A stretch of 64,000 bases of DNA, taken from contig NC_043006.1 in assembly GCF_006345805.1 (NCBI RefSeq), positions 66,898,001 to 66,962,000 on the forward strand, given 5' to 3'. Below the pieces are notes generated by a model, which was not told the DNA's origin, ran no database searches, and saw only the letters and a program-made list of their open reading frames with translations. Positions 37,846-52,816 of the stretch are shown here, piece after piece. Each line of letters starts with the position of its first letter. The first letter of the stretch is position 1. The position numbers and the translations under genes were made by a program. The DNA is from Octopus sinensis. Taxonomy: Eukaryota.

Positions 37846-38904
37846 TTGGGTCATCCCATAAATAATGCGGGTTTTTTTCAATTGCATGAACTAAAAGTCG
37901 GAGGGTGCCGAGATAAACTATCTGCATCAACTTGCTGTAAAAGCAGGTAGTAATTTTACTTTGCATTTAGTCTTAATGCAAGTTTTGAAGAGTGCAGTTC
38001 GATTGTGAAAGTTATATTTTCAAAGCTATAATGGAAGTGGCAAAGGAGCACATTCGGCATATTTTCCTTCATGAGTTCAATAAAGGCAAGATCACACTGG
38101 AAAGTGCAAGGAAAATTAATGCAGTATATGGAGATCGGACAATAAGCGTATACCTGTGTCAACGGTGGTTCTAGAAATTCCGAGGCGGAAAATAAAATCT
38201 AGAAGATGAATCTCGTCCTGGAAGATCTATAGAGCTCGACCAAGACGTCCTGGAAAACCCTAGTGGAACAAAACGCCGTCGTAATTGTTGAGGACCTAGC
38301 AGAGACTCTGGGATTTGGTCATTCAACCATTCGTCGACACTTGCGTGCCATCGCAAAAGTCAGCAAGTTGGGTCAGTGGGTTCCTCGGAAACTTCTCGAA
38401 TCTAATCGCGCACAGAGAGTGAATGATATGAAAGGTTTAGCCCAATTTGAACCTTTAAACCCAAACCAAACGATAACTAAGGAGATCTATTTTGAGCAAC
38501 TTGAGCGACTGAAGTCAACGCTAGAAGAAAAACATCCCTCTTTGGTTTCAAGACGAAAGGTGTAATTCCATCAGGATGATGCTTGGCCACATAGAGAAAG
38601 GATGACATTCCAACGGCAGGAGCAGCTTGAATGGGAAACGATGCCCCACGCACCATATTCGTCGGACAGTGTCTGAGCCTTCAAAATCATTTGGACGAAA
38701 AAAATATGAAAAAATATTCTGTAGATGAGGTGCTGGGGGTGCTTATTTCGTCACAAAAAAGTGAATTTTGAAAGAGGAGACTTGCTAGGCTACCAGATGC
38801 ATAGAAGAGTATAATAGAAGACGAAGGATAGAATGTTTTATATTAAAAAATCTTAATTTTGAAAAATAAAAGTTAAAAAACAGCATTATTATGGGATGAC
38901 CCAA
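37846..38904 (+). mobile_element. Internally deleted mariner (DD34D-type) transposon with TIRs
   Basis: TIR ttgggtcatcccata(a)ataatgc at both ends, with TA on the right flank. From ATG 38031: MEVAKEHIRHIFLHEFNKG..CQRWF*KFR..EDESRPGR / WVPRKL / FHQDDAWPH / PHAPYSSD. Stops and frameshifts present; the N-terminal part of the catalytic domain is missing. Confidence 0.92.
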
Positions 38905-38908
38905 TATA

Positions 38909-38947
<39 letters not shown>

Positions 38948-39153
38948 TATATATAACGCGCGAGCGCGTGTGTGTGTATGTATGTATGTATATATATGTA
39001 AGTGCGATAATGCCCAATTTTTCTACTGTTTTAACGGTAACACTGAACTCGAGATATCACTTTTGTTTGCATCGTACGCTACACATTCGACGCTTCTATA
39101 AAACAAACATAAGTTTGTTTATATACACATGTGGTTGTTATATATATATATAT

Positions 39154-39198
<45 letters not shown>

Positions 39199-39399
39199 AA
39201 GAGAGGAAGAGAGACAGAGATAGAGAGTAAGAGGAGGGAGAAGCAACTAATTCATTCCGATGTAAAAACATGGCGGAAAAATCCTACTTCACACGATTTC
39301 TCTCATTAAGACGAGGCTTTTAAAGCAGAAAACATCACAGCAGACATATATAAAGTAGATACTTTATTCTCAGCTTCACACATTTCTTATTCAAGCTTG

Positions 39400-39697
39400 C
39401 CGCATAAATATTAGAGTCATCAGACTGGCTTTCAAGGTAAACACACACGCTCACACGCACACGCACACACACACACATACACACGCACGCACGCGAACAA
39501 ACACACACACATATATATATATATACAGATATATATGATACATAGCCATATACATAGAAACATCTATATATACGTATGCGTCCGAGTATATATCAATATA
39601 TGTATATTCGTAATATGTATATATATGTATATCTATTTATATGTATGATATATATATGTATGTATATATATATATGTATGTCTAATATATATGCATG

Positions 39698-39761
<64 letters not shown>

Positions 39762-39860
39762 AAGATAGAGAATATGTGTACTTATCTCTAAATCTATCCC
39801 TCTATAAACATGCATATATGTACATATATAAATATATAATACATATATATATATATATAT

Positions 39861-39908
<48 letters not shown>

Positions 39909-40402
39909 CATATATATACATATTATATATATACATATTATACATATATATATATATGTATGTATGTATGATGTATGTATGAAATGTATGTATGCAACAC
40001 AAATCCATACAAATATCAAACTCACATAATATGTAAACACGTTGAGATTCGTAGCGTAGCGTATACATCGCAGCATAATTTCCTCTACGAAATTAACAGA
40101 ACAGAATGTCGATGTACCAATTATGACTTCTTGGTAAGCAGAATTAATCGACTACTATTAATTCCATAAGAACTTCCTAAAGACTCACTGGGCCGTGCTG
40201 ATTGGTGCAGCATATGCAGTTATCCGTACACAAAAATACGTGCCTATATAACGTATGGAAAGAAAGAAAGAAGGATAGATAGATAAATATATAGAATAGA
40301 TATGAATGAGGATGCCTGTACGTATAATATATATATATATATATATATTCAGATATATATACGCATATTTATACATGTATATACACATATAAATATATAG
40401 CT

Positions 40403-40484
<82 letters not shown>

Positions 40485-41349
40485 GCATATTTATACATAT
40501 ATATATACATATAGATATATACATTTACATATATACATATATATGTGTGTATATATATGTATATATATATAAACACACATATATATATACAACGCGTGTA
40601 TGTGTGCGTATGCGTGTGTGGTTATTAGATACACATGGAACACATAAGTCACATCTTAATTTTTCTTGCGAAAAATTTACTCATTTGGAATGCTCCACAA
40701 ACAATTTGAAATTTGTTGGAGCTATGATCATATCTACGTAAAGTAAAAAATGGAAAGTATTAATTTCACATACATAATATACAATTATTTATATATCTTT
40801 GTATATATGTACATATATATGTATATAGTTATATGCATATATACCTATATCTATTTATGTGAGTGTGTGTATAAATACATAGACACACGCACACGCACAC
40901 ACATATATGTATATATTCATATACATACACACACATAATAAGAATAACAATTATTCATAGTGACTTCGAAGGCAAAGTTCCATTTCTGGTCAAAAATTAA
41001 CGAATTTGTATCAAATATAGAGCATATAATCTAAAAAATAAATTATAGCAATGAAACAATCACACACACACATACACTCACACACAGTCCACTCACATAC
41101 ACTCAGACAAATTCACGGACACACACACTTACACGCTCTCACACACACACAGTCACAAACACGCACGCGCACACACACACACACACATGTCCACGCACAT
41201 ATACATACACATGCACAATGACAAACACACACACACACACTCACACACACACAAACACACACTCAGACACGCACACAAACTCACACATACACACTCACAC
41301 TCACACTCACACTCACACTCACACACCCACACAAACATACTCACACTAA

Positions 41350-41391
<42 letters not shown>

Positions 41392-42100
41392 CACAAACAC
41401 GCACGCACTCACACACACACACACACACATACACTCACACACGCACCTACACACTCACACATACACACTCACACACGCACACACTCACACACATATATAC
41501 ACACACACATATACACACGCACTGAAACAAACACACACTCAGACACGCACACAAACTCACACATACACACTCACACTCACACTCACACACCCACACAAAC
41601 ATACTCACACTAACGTACACACACACACACACACTCTCAAACACACACACATGTCGGGAGGAAGAATGTTCGCTACCATGATAGATAATATTTCGCCATT
41701 GGCTGTACAGTATCTTCATGGTGGTATGCTGCACAGAGTATTCAGGCCTGTGGGTGCACGGTAATATACATACATACATGCATATATGTATACATGCATA
41801 CATACATGCATATATACATGCATGCATACATACATATATACAAGCATACATATATATATGCATACATATATACATCCATACATGTACATATACATACATG
41901 CATGGCTATATGCATGCATATATGCATACATACATACATGCATACATACATACACGCATGTATATATATACGTACATGTATACATCGATATATACATGCA
42001 TACATACATATATGCATACATATATACATCCATACATACATGCATACATACATAAATACATTCATACCTACATGCATCTGTACATACACGCATACATATA
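39400..42100. repeat. Extended compound microsatellite field (TA, GA, CA, CATA)
   Basis: Directly visible, with short unique islands. Confidence 0.9.
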
Positions 42101-42240
42101 TAGTTGAAATTTACAGAAAAACAAGACAAAACCAGGTGTATAAACAACAAGCACGAGTCTTAGTTTGACGCTCGGGAAAATGAGAAAGACTTTTACGATT
42201 CGAGCCCACGCTCTTCAACAGAAAGGAACACGTGGAAATA
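42100..42240 (-). mobile_element. Family A repeat with hammerhead-like motif at 42189-42226
   Basis: Minus strand cctttctgttgaagagcgtgggctcgaatcgtaaaag; GAAAC is mutated to GAATC. Confidence 0.6.
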
Positions 42241-42784
42241 AACATACATGCATAATGCATACATACATATATACCTGCATAGATGCATACATACATGCGT
42301 ACATGCATACGTACATACATGCATATATACATACATGCATGCAATCATTTGTACATACATCGTTTCGTGTTCACTGTCGGATGAAAGGTAATTGATTGCC
42401 ATAGAAGAGATTAACAATATTAATATTTTGGTCGAGACAGTCTTTTACACACACACTCACACACACACAAACACAAAGACACAAATACAGGCGTATATCG
42501 ATTAAACTCAATGCTGTAAGATATATAAAAAGAATTGTATCTTAGACATAGATATTTTCTTCTATATCACTTAATGCTTTGGTAAGAGTGGATAAAACTT
42601 TACAGCCTACAATGTCTTTCGCCCTCAACTTTTCACCAATTTTCTGTTGGCAACAATCATATACGGAATTCAGATTAGACTGTGAACTGTTGATATGCAT
42701 ACATACATACAATCATACAAACATACATACATACATACATACATACATACATACATACATACATACATACATGCATACATACAT

Positions 42785-42960
42785 AAAACAAAAAGGAGAA
42801 AGCTGATTCGAAGACTACAGATCCAAGCTTTCACTGGAACTATAAAAATCTGTAAAACTTTGCATAAGTTTATCATTTAAATATATATGAGCATGTCTAG
42901 ATATGCAACTATATGCATGAGAATACCCAAATTAAACAAAAAAATTCAAATCTGCACATA
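42785..42960 (+). mobile_element. R4/Dong-type LINE short 3' fragment
   Basis: RRKLIRRLQIQAFTGTIKICKTLHKFII* plus UTR; homologous to 44865-45030 and flanked by (CATA)n. Confidence 0.85.
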
Positions 42961-43078
42961 TACATACATACATACATATACATACATACACACACACACA
43001 TACATACATACATACATACATACATACATACATACATACATACATACATACATACATACATACATACATACATACATA

Positions 43079-45290
43079 GAAGAATGGAGAGGTGCCGAGC
43101 AATTGTTAATCAACAAAACTGAGAAGTCAGAATTGTGGCTAGACTACAAGAAAGCCTTTGACTCTGCTCCCTACACATGGATGTTAGAAGTTCTTCAACT
43201 TGCTAAAGATCCAGTGGGAATAGTCAAACTCATTGCTGTTCCGACTTCATCGTGGGCCACCATTATGAAATTAAAAATAAAGAGTGACTGTATTTTCACT
43301 GATAGAATACAGTATAGCGAAGGCATATTCCATGGGGACAGCCTCTCTGGGATGTTGTTCATACTTTCTGTAAACCTTTTGTTATTTGTGTTAAGGAAGT
43401 CGGAAAGATATGTTATTAGTTCACAAGGAGATCGAAATACCAAAATTACACACTTGTTTCTTTGTGGAAACTTTACACAAAGAATATGAACGAGATGAAA
43501 AGGAGGCTTGACCTGATTACATCTTTCTCAAATGTGCAGGGTTAGAATTTGGTCATGATAAGTTTTATTATATGATTGTGAAAAGGGGGAAAACTGTAAA
43601 CCAGACTAGCAATGACTTGACTGTTTCTCCTATATCTGATGAAGAATGTTACAGGTGTCTAGGTGTGGATGAAGACATATCTTACAATGACACCTGTAAT
43701 AAAATATATGCCACTAAAGAATATACAACCAAATAAAGGAAATTTGAACCTCAGAACTCTCTGCATTCAATAAAACAGTAGCCCGTGTGTTTTCAGTGCC
43801 AGTACTCAAGTGAACATTTGGGCTGCTTGATTGACCGCTTGATGAGATCCAAGCTATTGATGTGAAAACTCCAAAAAAGTAACAAGCACACATAATTTCC
43901 ACATAACCAGGGACATAGATCGCCTCTACCTCAGACGAAAACAAGGTGACAGAGGCTTAATATCGATCCAAAATGCCTTTGAATGTCGCATCATATCCAT
44001 TCGGCAAGATCTTTTAACCACTAAGTGTCGTAGTGCATCCCTTGACCAAGTTTGCATACATGGAGCTGATAAATTCATAAGACATGGAAGGCAGCTCCTT
44101 GAGCAACACTCTTTGTCTGATAACCTAGAATCCAAGCCCAAAGAAGTCGCAACGACTCTACCGCAACGTATCATCAGATGAAATGATGCGCCTATATGAG
44201 CAGAAGGCTATGCATGATATGTTAGTAGAAAGCTCCGTGATGATAGTAACATCGATCATAAAACCAGTTTATCATGGACGAATAGCCGGATTACTACTTC
44301 CCACTTTGAAGGGTATGTTTTTGCAATCCAGAAACAGGAAATATCAACCAAGTAACTGATGCACAAAAGAGATAGAGATGCAGGAAAATCCGTAATATGT
44401 GATAACCGATGCAGACTTTATGGAAATCACACTGAAGATATCACCCACATCATAAGCAGTTGCCCGAAAATGTCACCACTGTATTATCTACCGATGACAC
44501 ATACCGTTGTAGCTAGGACACTCTATAATGAAATACGTCGGCAGGATAATCCCTAGGACAAAAAAAATAAAAACCCATAATAAAAAGAAATACTGGTGGA
44601 ATGTACTAGTGAAGAGCTAAATAAAATGTAAGCGCAAGAGACCTGATATGATGATTTGGGATAGAGAAGAGAACATGCACAGCGGATGTTAACATAAAGC
44701 TGAAAATCAGTGAAAAACAGAACACCTACGCTGAACTATTGAGAAATGTGCAATTACTTTATCCTGATTACAAGTTCAGGTTTATACTTGTAATTATTGG
44801 AGCCCTGGGATATGTAACACACTGCCTAAATACGAATATTGAGAAATTAAGCTTCTCAAAACCAGAAAGGAGAAAGCTAATTCGAAGACTACGGATCCAA
44901 TCCATCATTGAAACTGTAAAAATCTGTAAAAATTTCCAGAAGTTCATCATTTAAATATATATATGAGCATGTCTAAATATGTAACTATATGCATGAGAAT
45001 ACAAACATATAACATACGAATCTGCACGTACATACATACGTAGATACATTCATACAAACGAAAAAACATGATACATACATACAAAAATACCCTGTTCTGA
45101 AATACCAGTGAAGGAACTTGGATCTAGGTCAGAAACCGGTTCATTCTCTATTGGGAAGAAATCTTAAATTAAAATGAATAATGAATGACATACAAAATAT
45201 CTCGTTGATTTTGGTAAAATCCCAATGAAGGAGCCTCAGATTGGCAAGGAATCTTGAAATAAAACTGAATAATGGCATACACAAAAGATT
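43079..45290 (+). mobile_element. 5'-truncated R4/Dong-clade (restriction-like endonuclease) non-LTR retrotransposon pseudogene
   Basis: RT motifs WLDYKKAFDSAPY and GIFHGDSLSGMLF; decayed CCHC knuckle CRLYGNHTEDITHIISSC; RPDMMIWD; C-terminal VIIGALG...ICKNFQKFII* (stop at 44954). The 3' UTR boundary and its terminal partial duplication are inferred. Confidence 0.85.
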
Positions 45291-45424
45291 TTGCTCTCTC
45301 GTAGAAATCAAATACTATTTAGAAAGCCAATGTGATTAGAAAAATAGAGGAGAAAGAGAACGAGAATCTCTAACGATCATTTATGAGGAGTTTGCAAAGC
45401 TAGTCGCCAAGAACACTTTCAGTT

Positions 45425-45610
45425 CAATATATGTTCTTTTCTACTCCAGGCACAAGGCCCAAAATTTTGGGGAAGGGGACCAGTCGATAAGTTCAACCTC
45501 AGTAAGCAACTTTTACTTATTTTATCGACTCCAAAACGATGAAAGACAAAGTCGACCTCTGCAGAATTTGAACTCAAAATGTAACGACAGATGAATACCG
45601 CTAAGACACT
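45425..45610 (-). mobile_element. S1 SINE (short tail)
   Basis: ggcacaaggcccaaaattttgggg ... aaagtcgacctctgcagaatttgaactca. Confidence 0.75.
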
Positions 45611-46439
45611 CACTCAAGGGGTCATGCAGTAGGATTGAACCCAGAACCATAGATAGTTGGATATAATGTGATATATCTATGTATGTATCTGTCTATCTAT
45701 CTATAAATATGTATATATATAAACACATGCAAACACACACATAAACACATACACACACATATATATATATATATGTATGTACATATATGTTTATATATAT
45801 AATATATATACATATATTCTTGCGTGTGTGTATATATATTATGCATCACATATATGTATATATATATATATATATAAACTCAGATAACTAAAAGCTTATA
45901 CACACATATGCGTCTCTATATGTGTACGCTACCAATTCATATACACCTATGTACGGTGAAATATTTGGTCAACATTTATGTATATTTTTAATGAACCTAT
46001 ATTTAATATCGCTGGATTATTATGCCCCAAAGGTTAACCTACATAGAGGGAGCTCCCTGGTGTTGCTATGGGAACTAAACCGATGAGTTTCCACTCCTTT
46101 TCATCTCATTAAATATCGCTTAGTTCTGCTTATAAATGTAGATGTGATTGGCACAGTCTGGCTTTAGAGTATGGCAGTATGGCAGGAGGTTGATGGTCTG
46201 ATATGGTAAGCTAAACGAATGGTGTGACGTGAGTAGGGCTGCAACGTGATGTGGCTTACAAATAATCATGTGCATGGAACTTTTCCATAATGACATGATG
46301 CGATATAAACATATATGATATATATATATATATAATATATATATATATTATATTATATATATATATTATTATATTAAATATATATTCTCCATATATTATA
46401 TATATAACATACATATATGTAGATATAAAATCAGATAAC

Positions 46440-46440
46440 T

Positions 46441-46480
<40 letters not shown>

Positions 46481-46485
46481 GTAGG

Positions 46486-46524
<39 letters not shown>

Positions 46525-46528
46525 ATAA

Positions 46529-46589
<61 letters not shown>

Positions 46590-46639
46590 AAGATAGATAG
46601 ATAAATAAATTGATAGAAAGATAGATAGATAAATAAATT

Positions 46640-46717
<78 letters not shown>

Positions 46718-46735
46718 CAGACAGATAGACAGACG
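46440..46735. repeat. (GATA)n tetranucleotide tract
   Basis: Directly visible; similar tracts at 2000-2120, 14490-14575, 15455-15545, 48265-48380 and 61310-61385. Confidence 0.97.
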
Positions 46736-46973
46736 GACATACCACATGCACAGATGTAACTCATCCTCTATTGTAGCAGTTATTTTCCTTCACTGCAGTC
46801 ACAGAGTGGGTTCAATGCAGCGTCTCGATATGGATTTCCAGTCGAAGGAGTGGTGCAGGCTACCTGTCGTCCGCAGAAATCTACGAAATCTGTTCACAAT
46901 TTTTTGGTCGGCCCATGACTATAGTAGAAGACCTTTACCCAAGGTTCCCAGTATGTAAATACATATACGCGCG

Positions 46974-47013
<40 letters not shown>

Positions 47014-48276
47014 ATATATATTTATACATATACAGGTGTTTGGCAGAATCACTACGATAATGAAATGACTTGGTTAACATCGAAAGGAAGGTCAACTTAC
47101 GATCCTACCAAACCTTCAGTGATTGATTTCAAATTTTGCCACTAGGCCAGAAAAGACTGAGGGGGAAGTGTAAGTAGACTACGTGAACCCCAGTACCCAG
47201 CTGGTACTTAACGCATCAAGTACCTAAAGAGATGAAAGGCAAAATTTGAATTCAAGTCACAATGACAGATGAAATGCCGCTAATCACTTTGTACAACATG
47301 TTAATGAGCTTGCTAGCTCGTCATCTTAATAAATCTTCAGATATTAACATCCCTTATAACTGAGCAGTTTTTAAAATTACTATTGATAAATAGACAGACG
47401 TAGAAACTAAAGTTATCGAGTAAAAAATTTGCAATTGCTAATGGGAAAGCATTTTACTCAAATGTCAGAGGCAATAACCGGAAACGTTTTTAAAAATCTA
47501 CAGTGAAGACAAGGCACAAGAAATGGTAGCATTCAATGGTACTATGGCTTCAGAACTGAGAGATATCTAACTTTTAAAGATTTCTTCAATGTTTTTAAGA
47601 TGTGCTCTTCTAACTTAAAAAAAATATTCAAGTTTAGTAAAATAAATAACCGGTTCCAAAATAACTTGAAAGTGATATCAAAGAACAGTAAAAACGACCG
47701 CCAAAATTTTGTCCAGATATAGATAGCAATAACTGCCATAGATTATTTACTGGTTATGTTGCAATTTTATAAATTGCGACGTATAAGTTGCTACGTAACC
47801 CCACATCTTTTTACACAACTTTTAAAAATCAAAATATCTTTGAAATAAACCAGTGCATTTTCAATTTATATTACATATATATATATATGTATACATATTA
47901 AGTATGTTATAGAAAGTATGGGCTATTTACGGAGTTCTCGCAGAGAGCCAATGCGAAAAATTACAAAGTAGAGGAAATTGAAAACGCAAATGCATAGATG
48001 AAGATATTCAATCAATGTAATTGAATCATATATTTATACACATCAACATAAATCATGTATATGAGGGCGTGAAGATTCTCCAAGGGTATAAAGAATAAAA
48101 CCAAGCATACATAAAAGTATAGAAGAAACATAAAAGCATATAAAAATGCATATAAAGTCACATATAAATAAAGATTACGTGTAAAGGGTTATGCGTGATA
48201 AATATAGGAGGCGCAAAACAAATGAAAGGTTGATAAATATAGGAATAGAAATGTCAATATATATAGATAGATAGAC

Positions 48277-48381
<105 letters not shown>

Positions 48382-48559
48382 GCAAACAAATAGAATAGTA
48401 TTTAACAGCCAGGTTCAACGAGCAAGTGGGCATTAATTCTGGATAATTCAGAATAAATGGTATTTAAATAAAACATGTCTAGGAGCTCTGTAATGAATAT
48501 ATTACAAGAATACTAATGTAACGTGGAAGGGTAACTCTCACTGTTTTCTGTGGCAATAC

Positions 48560-49470
48560 TCATGATCTCACCTTTTTTAATTGTTCATTAGAGTTGCTGT
48601 TATTCAAGATAGTGGTACCAGCGAGAAGGAAAGCGTTTCGTTTGCTCGAATACCCCAAAACTTCATCGGTAACCAATATTCAGAGACATGTTTGCACCAA
48701 GTTTGGCAAAGAAGCACCTCCTCGTTACAACATCATGAGGCTGATAAAGCAGTTTTTGGAGCCGGGCTGCTTATGCAAGAGAAACAGTACAAGGCAGCCA
48801 CGAGACACCTACGAAACCCCAAGAAGTCGACCCATAATTCTAACAGAGGACTTAAAGTGCCGCAGGCAAAAAGCATGGTGTGTGTTACGCAAGCAGCTGG
48901 GATTCAAGTCTTACAACAAATTCCACATGATACAAGGGCTAAAACGAGAGGACAACCCAAAACAGAGAGAGTTCCGTATGAATTTGCAAGCACGGTTGGA
49001 GGTGGTTCATTTCGCCAAAAGACTCCTATTTCCTGACGAAGCCATGTTTCATCTACGGGGACAAAATGAATAGATACAGTTTGAGATTTGGGGGCACAGC
49101 ATATCTGCGTGTGATACTGAAGCATAAACATGATTCTCTTAAGGTAACGATTTTGTACTCCATAACAAATCGAAGATTGTTTGGGCCCTATTTCTTCACG
49201 GAATCTCTACCGGTACAGCATGTACATAACTTGACATAATGTCCATTTGGTTGTTGCCCGAGTTGAAAGAAGAGTTAACCGCCCTTATTATGCAGCAAAA
49301 CTGGGCTCAGTCACATTTGTATAAATACGTATGCGATTACCTCAACTCGCATCTTTCACTACGCTGAATAAGCTGTGCTGAGATAAACAATTTGCCGTTG
49401 ATGGTCTGCCATTTGCACTCTACCAGCTCTCCAGACCTAACGAATTCCAACATATTCCTTTGGGGGTATC
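48560..49470 (+). mobile_element. Decayed Tc1/mariner-superfamily transposase with a DUF4817-type N-terminal HTH
   Basis: KAFRLLEYPKTSSVTNIQRHVCTKFGKEAPPRYNIMRLIKQFLEPGCLCKR; FPDEAMFHL; near the end SPDLTNSNIFLWGY. Confidence 0.75.
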
Positions 49471-49686
49471 GGAAATAGAAGGTTTTCAAACCCCACTTCC
49501 ACAGGGCTTACAGAAGCGGATAGGTGACCCAGTATATTTAACTGATCAGACGACAAACACGACGGTAACAGCAACATGGGCGAAATCAACAGCAACAAAA
49601 ACAACACCAATTAGAATATTCAAGAATCACGTGAAAACGGTAGCATCATTAAAAGAAATGAAACCACCATCCTTACTGTTAATACC

Positions 49687-49919
49687 TATTTCTTTATTAC
49701 CCACAAGGGGCTAAACACAAAGGGGACAAACAAGGACAGACATAGGTATTAAGTCGATTACATCGACCCCAGTGCGTAACTGGTACTTAATTTATGGACC
49801 CCGAAAAAATGAAAGGCAAAGTCGACCTCGGCGGAATTTGAACTCACAACGTAACGCAGACGAAATACCGCTAAGCATTTCGCCCGGCGTGCTAACGTTT
49901 CTGCCAGCTCGCCGCCTTT
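49687..49919 (-). mobile_element. S1 SINE (long tail) with a 15-bp TSD
   Basis: cttactgttaatacc at 49672-49686 and 49920-49934. Confidence 0.92.
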
Positions 49920-50072
49920 CTTACTGTTAATACCAGTACATTCAACAACGCAAACAACGCGATTTGTAAACCAAAAGCTGTTTTCTCCGATATATTTCAC
50001 ATACATGATCCAGAAGATCTATCACTCTGGGTCCTAGAGGTCCTAGAGTCTAAGGTCTAAAGAAAGCCAATA

Positions 50073-51340
50073 TACTCTGAACAGCAGAAGAAACGCGAGA
50101 CGTGTGTAACTGTAGAATATGTTTTAATTTCATTATGTCAGAGATGAATTTTGATAAATCTGATAAAGTCAATTTCTTGGATGCACTTTGACCACAGTCT
50201 ACTGGTCGTTGTCATGTGTTCTGGTAGTGGGCGGATCCAGCACTTCGAGAACGTAGGTCGGGACTTGTTCAATAGTGTGTATGGCTCCGCTCTGGGTGTT
50301 CAAAACAACCATACATCGTCGGTACATTGAGTGCACGTGGTGGTTCACAAAAGACATTGGCACTGTGCCCACACCCTGAGAAAAGCTACCTCCAGTTCCA
50401 CACGAGTTGTCGGCGGGCCTTGGAACCACCTTGTTCAGTCGTTTTTGGATTTCATCCCACGAGTCGGGCACGGCATGGTTCTGATGTTGTACTGACGCAG
50501 GAAATCCATGATGACCCTGGCCGTGTGGAAGGGTGCATTGCCCTGCTGGATCATTTGGCTATAGTGACTCACGAAGAAGGGCATGATGTGAGTTCTTAGG
50601 ATCTGGTCGATATAGGGCTGCACTGCGATGCCATTCCCTCTGCCTCCACCAACATTTTGCAACATATAGGATCCAATTCTCTGATTCAGGCTCATAGTAC
50701 CCCATACCATGATGTTTTGGCCACACCACGCAGCCCTCGTCACGACAAAGCGTTCATCCTTCTTACGCCACACCCTCATTATGCCATCCGAGGTGGAAAC
50801 GCAGGACCGGCTCTCGTTAGAGAAGACTATCGACCCCATTGTTGACGCCGCCAATGCCGGTGCTGTGTAGCCCACTGTGACTATGTCTGACAGCGGAGGC
50901 GGTGAAAACAGGTCCTCAAGCAGGACAACGGCAACGTCGTACCGTGTCGTCGCTGATGGGCCGCTGTCTAGTGCTAATGGTCTCGCGAGCTGTCTGGGCG
51001 TGGTCACGCGGGGCGCTATCTGTGAGCACGGTCTCCAGTGCTGTTGGTGTTGTATCGTTGTTGCAGGCGATAGATTGTGATGGCATGGACATTGTAAGCT
51101 TTCGCAACAACCAGGGCACGCTGCCCTGCTTGAAATCGGCCGATATCATGTCTCTCCGCGCTGCTGACAATCGGGTTATACCTGATGCATCTAAACTACA
51201 AATGCCAGGAACGCGGTTCAAGTTGACTTTTATACCCATACCCTCCACAAGACGCACGGCATTTCGGTTTTCATGACAACTGTTTGCTACTGCCACCCAC
51301 GGCATTCAACGCAGTTGCGTTTTTGTGTCTCGTTTCAGGG
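50073..51340 (-). mobile_element. Tc1 (DD34E-type) transposon pseudogene
   Basis: N-terminal RLSAARR...TARETISTRQRPISDDTVRR; VFSNESR; IMVWGTMS; IQQGNAPFHTARVIMDFL; a decayed SPDLNPIE region. Weak TIR-like ends at about 50073 and 51340. Confidence 0.82.
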
Positions 51341-51609
51341 AAAGTTGAAATGTTACCTGCAATTTGGGTCTCAGCCATAAACCAGCACGTCTTGAAATAT
51401 TTACACTTACATCCCCGAAATGAATTTTTAGAATTTACCATATAAGAATCACATTTGAAAAAAATCGAGTTTCTTTTGCGGTTCAGTCTATTGATATAAT
51501 AAAAACTGCAGAACATTATGCGAAAATGTGTCTTTTCAAAGACATTTACTCTATTCAGGAGAAGGCTGGCCCACCGCTGATTACGACGCTGTGTTCTAGA
51601 AGATCCGAT

Positions 51610-51795
51610 CAATGGAACATCCTGCTCGTGGTATCAACGTGCAAGTGACTGAGCATTATACAGACATGCGTACCCAAAATATAATTCTAAAGGCGATTCA
51701 GCTTGATACAGAACGTGGATGCATCGAAATTACGAGCTTACAATCGTGTACCGAATACTCTTAACCACAAATCCACGGGCCTTCAAATCAGGATT
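51610..51795 (-). mobile_element. Degenerate SINE, tail type b
   Basis: ggaacatcctgctcgtg...aacgtgcaagtgactgagc matches 54705-54760. Confidence 0.6.
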
Positions 51796-52219
51796 AGACA
51801 GAAAGTAAGAAACAACTATATATAATTGTATTTGACCGAATGGAGGGAGGAAGGACGAATGCCCGTATAGAAATATTTCTAAAAACCAATCTGGGAGACC
51901 AAAACCTACGTCGCTAAAATGGAAGATGCGGAACGCCTGACGTGAAAGTTCCGTCGGAAACGGAGAAGAAGAAGAGGAAGGAATTGGCCCTGATACCGAC
52001 TGAAATTAACTGAAGCGTGGTAAAAATAAAGATGGTTGATGGCTAAATAGAAACGGGTACAGTTATCTGTTGTTTAATAGCATCTGTTTTGCGACATCTT
52101 GTCGAGAAAAAAAACCCACCCATGTAAGTGCCCCACGCGGAACTTTAAAACACTAGACATACTGCCCAGGTTTCGAGCAAATATTATGAGTATTACTTCT
52201 GTTATTATGATAAAAAATT

Positions 52220-52440
52220 AAGGCGGTGAGTTAACGGAATTGTTAGTACGCCGGTCAAAATGCCTAGTAGCATTTAATCCGTCTTTACGTTCTGGGTTCA
52301 AATGCTTGTCATCTCTTCGGGGTCTATAAGATATGTACCAGTCGAGTACTAGGCCCCATTTAATCGACTCACACATCCATCCCACCCCCACCGCCACACA
52401 TCCAAATTGCTGGCGTTGTCCCCAAATTTGAAACCAGTAT
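52220..52440 (+). mobile_element. S1 SINE (short tail)
   Basis: aaggcggtgag...gggttcaaatg ... ccccaaatttgaaaccagtattatt. Confidence 0.7.
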
Positions 52441-52784
52441 TATTGCCTTTATTATTATGAATTTTTATCAAATCTTGAGAACGTTTTGCAAAATGATGAG
52501 GGAGCAGTTCTCCCGGAACTTACATCCAAAGATCAAATCTCGCCGCCGCTATCTTTGCCATTTAAAATACACGGTCTTCGTCTCAAAATTAGTAAGTATC
52601 TGTATGGATGTCATTCTGTTTTTGAGTTCCTCTTTATTAATTTTGAAACGCATGCGCGTACTGCATGCCTATATATATGTCTGTGCGCGTGTGTATATGT
52701 GTGTGTCATTGCGCGTGTGTGTATGCGTGGGAGTATGCGTGTTTTTTGTGCACGTGAGTGTGTGTGTATGCATATATGTATATA

Positions 52785-52816
<32 letters not shown>

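Noticed and set aside
45105-45150. Hammerhead-like look in the R4 3' UTR (ccagtga a..aggtca GAAAC cggtt)
   Set aside because: The core lacks U4-G5-A6 and there is no convincing stem I.
51840-52020. Purine-rich coding-like stretch (KVPSETEKKKRKELALIP)
   Set aside because: The frame is short and bounded by stops, has no good splice sites, and shows no recognisable homology.
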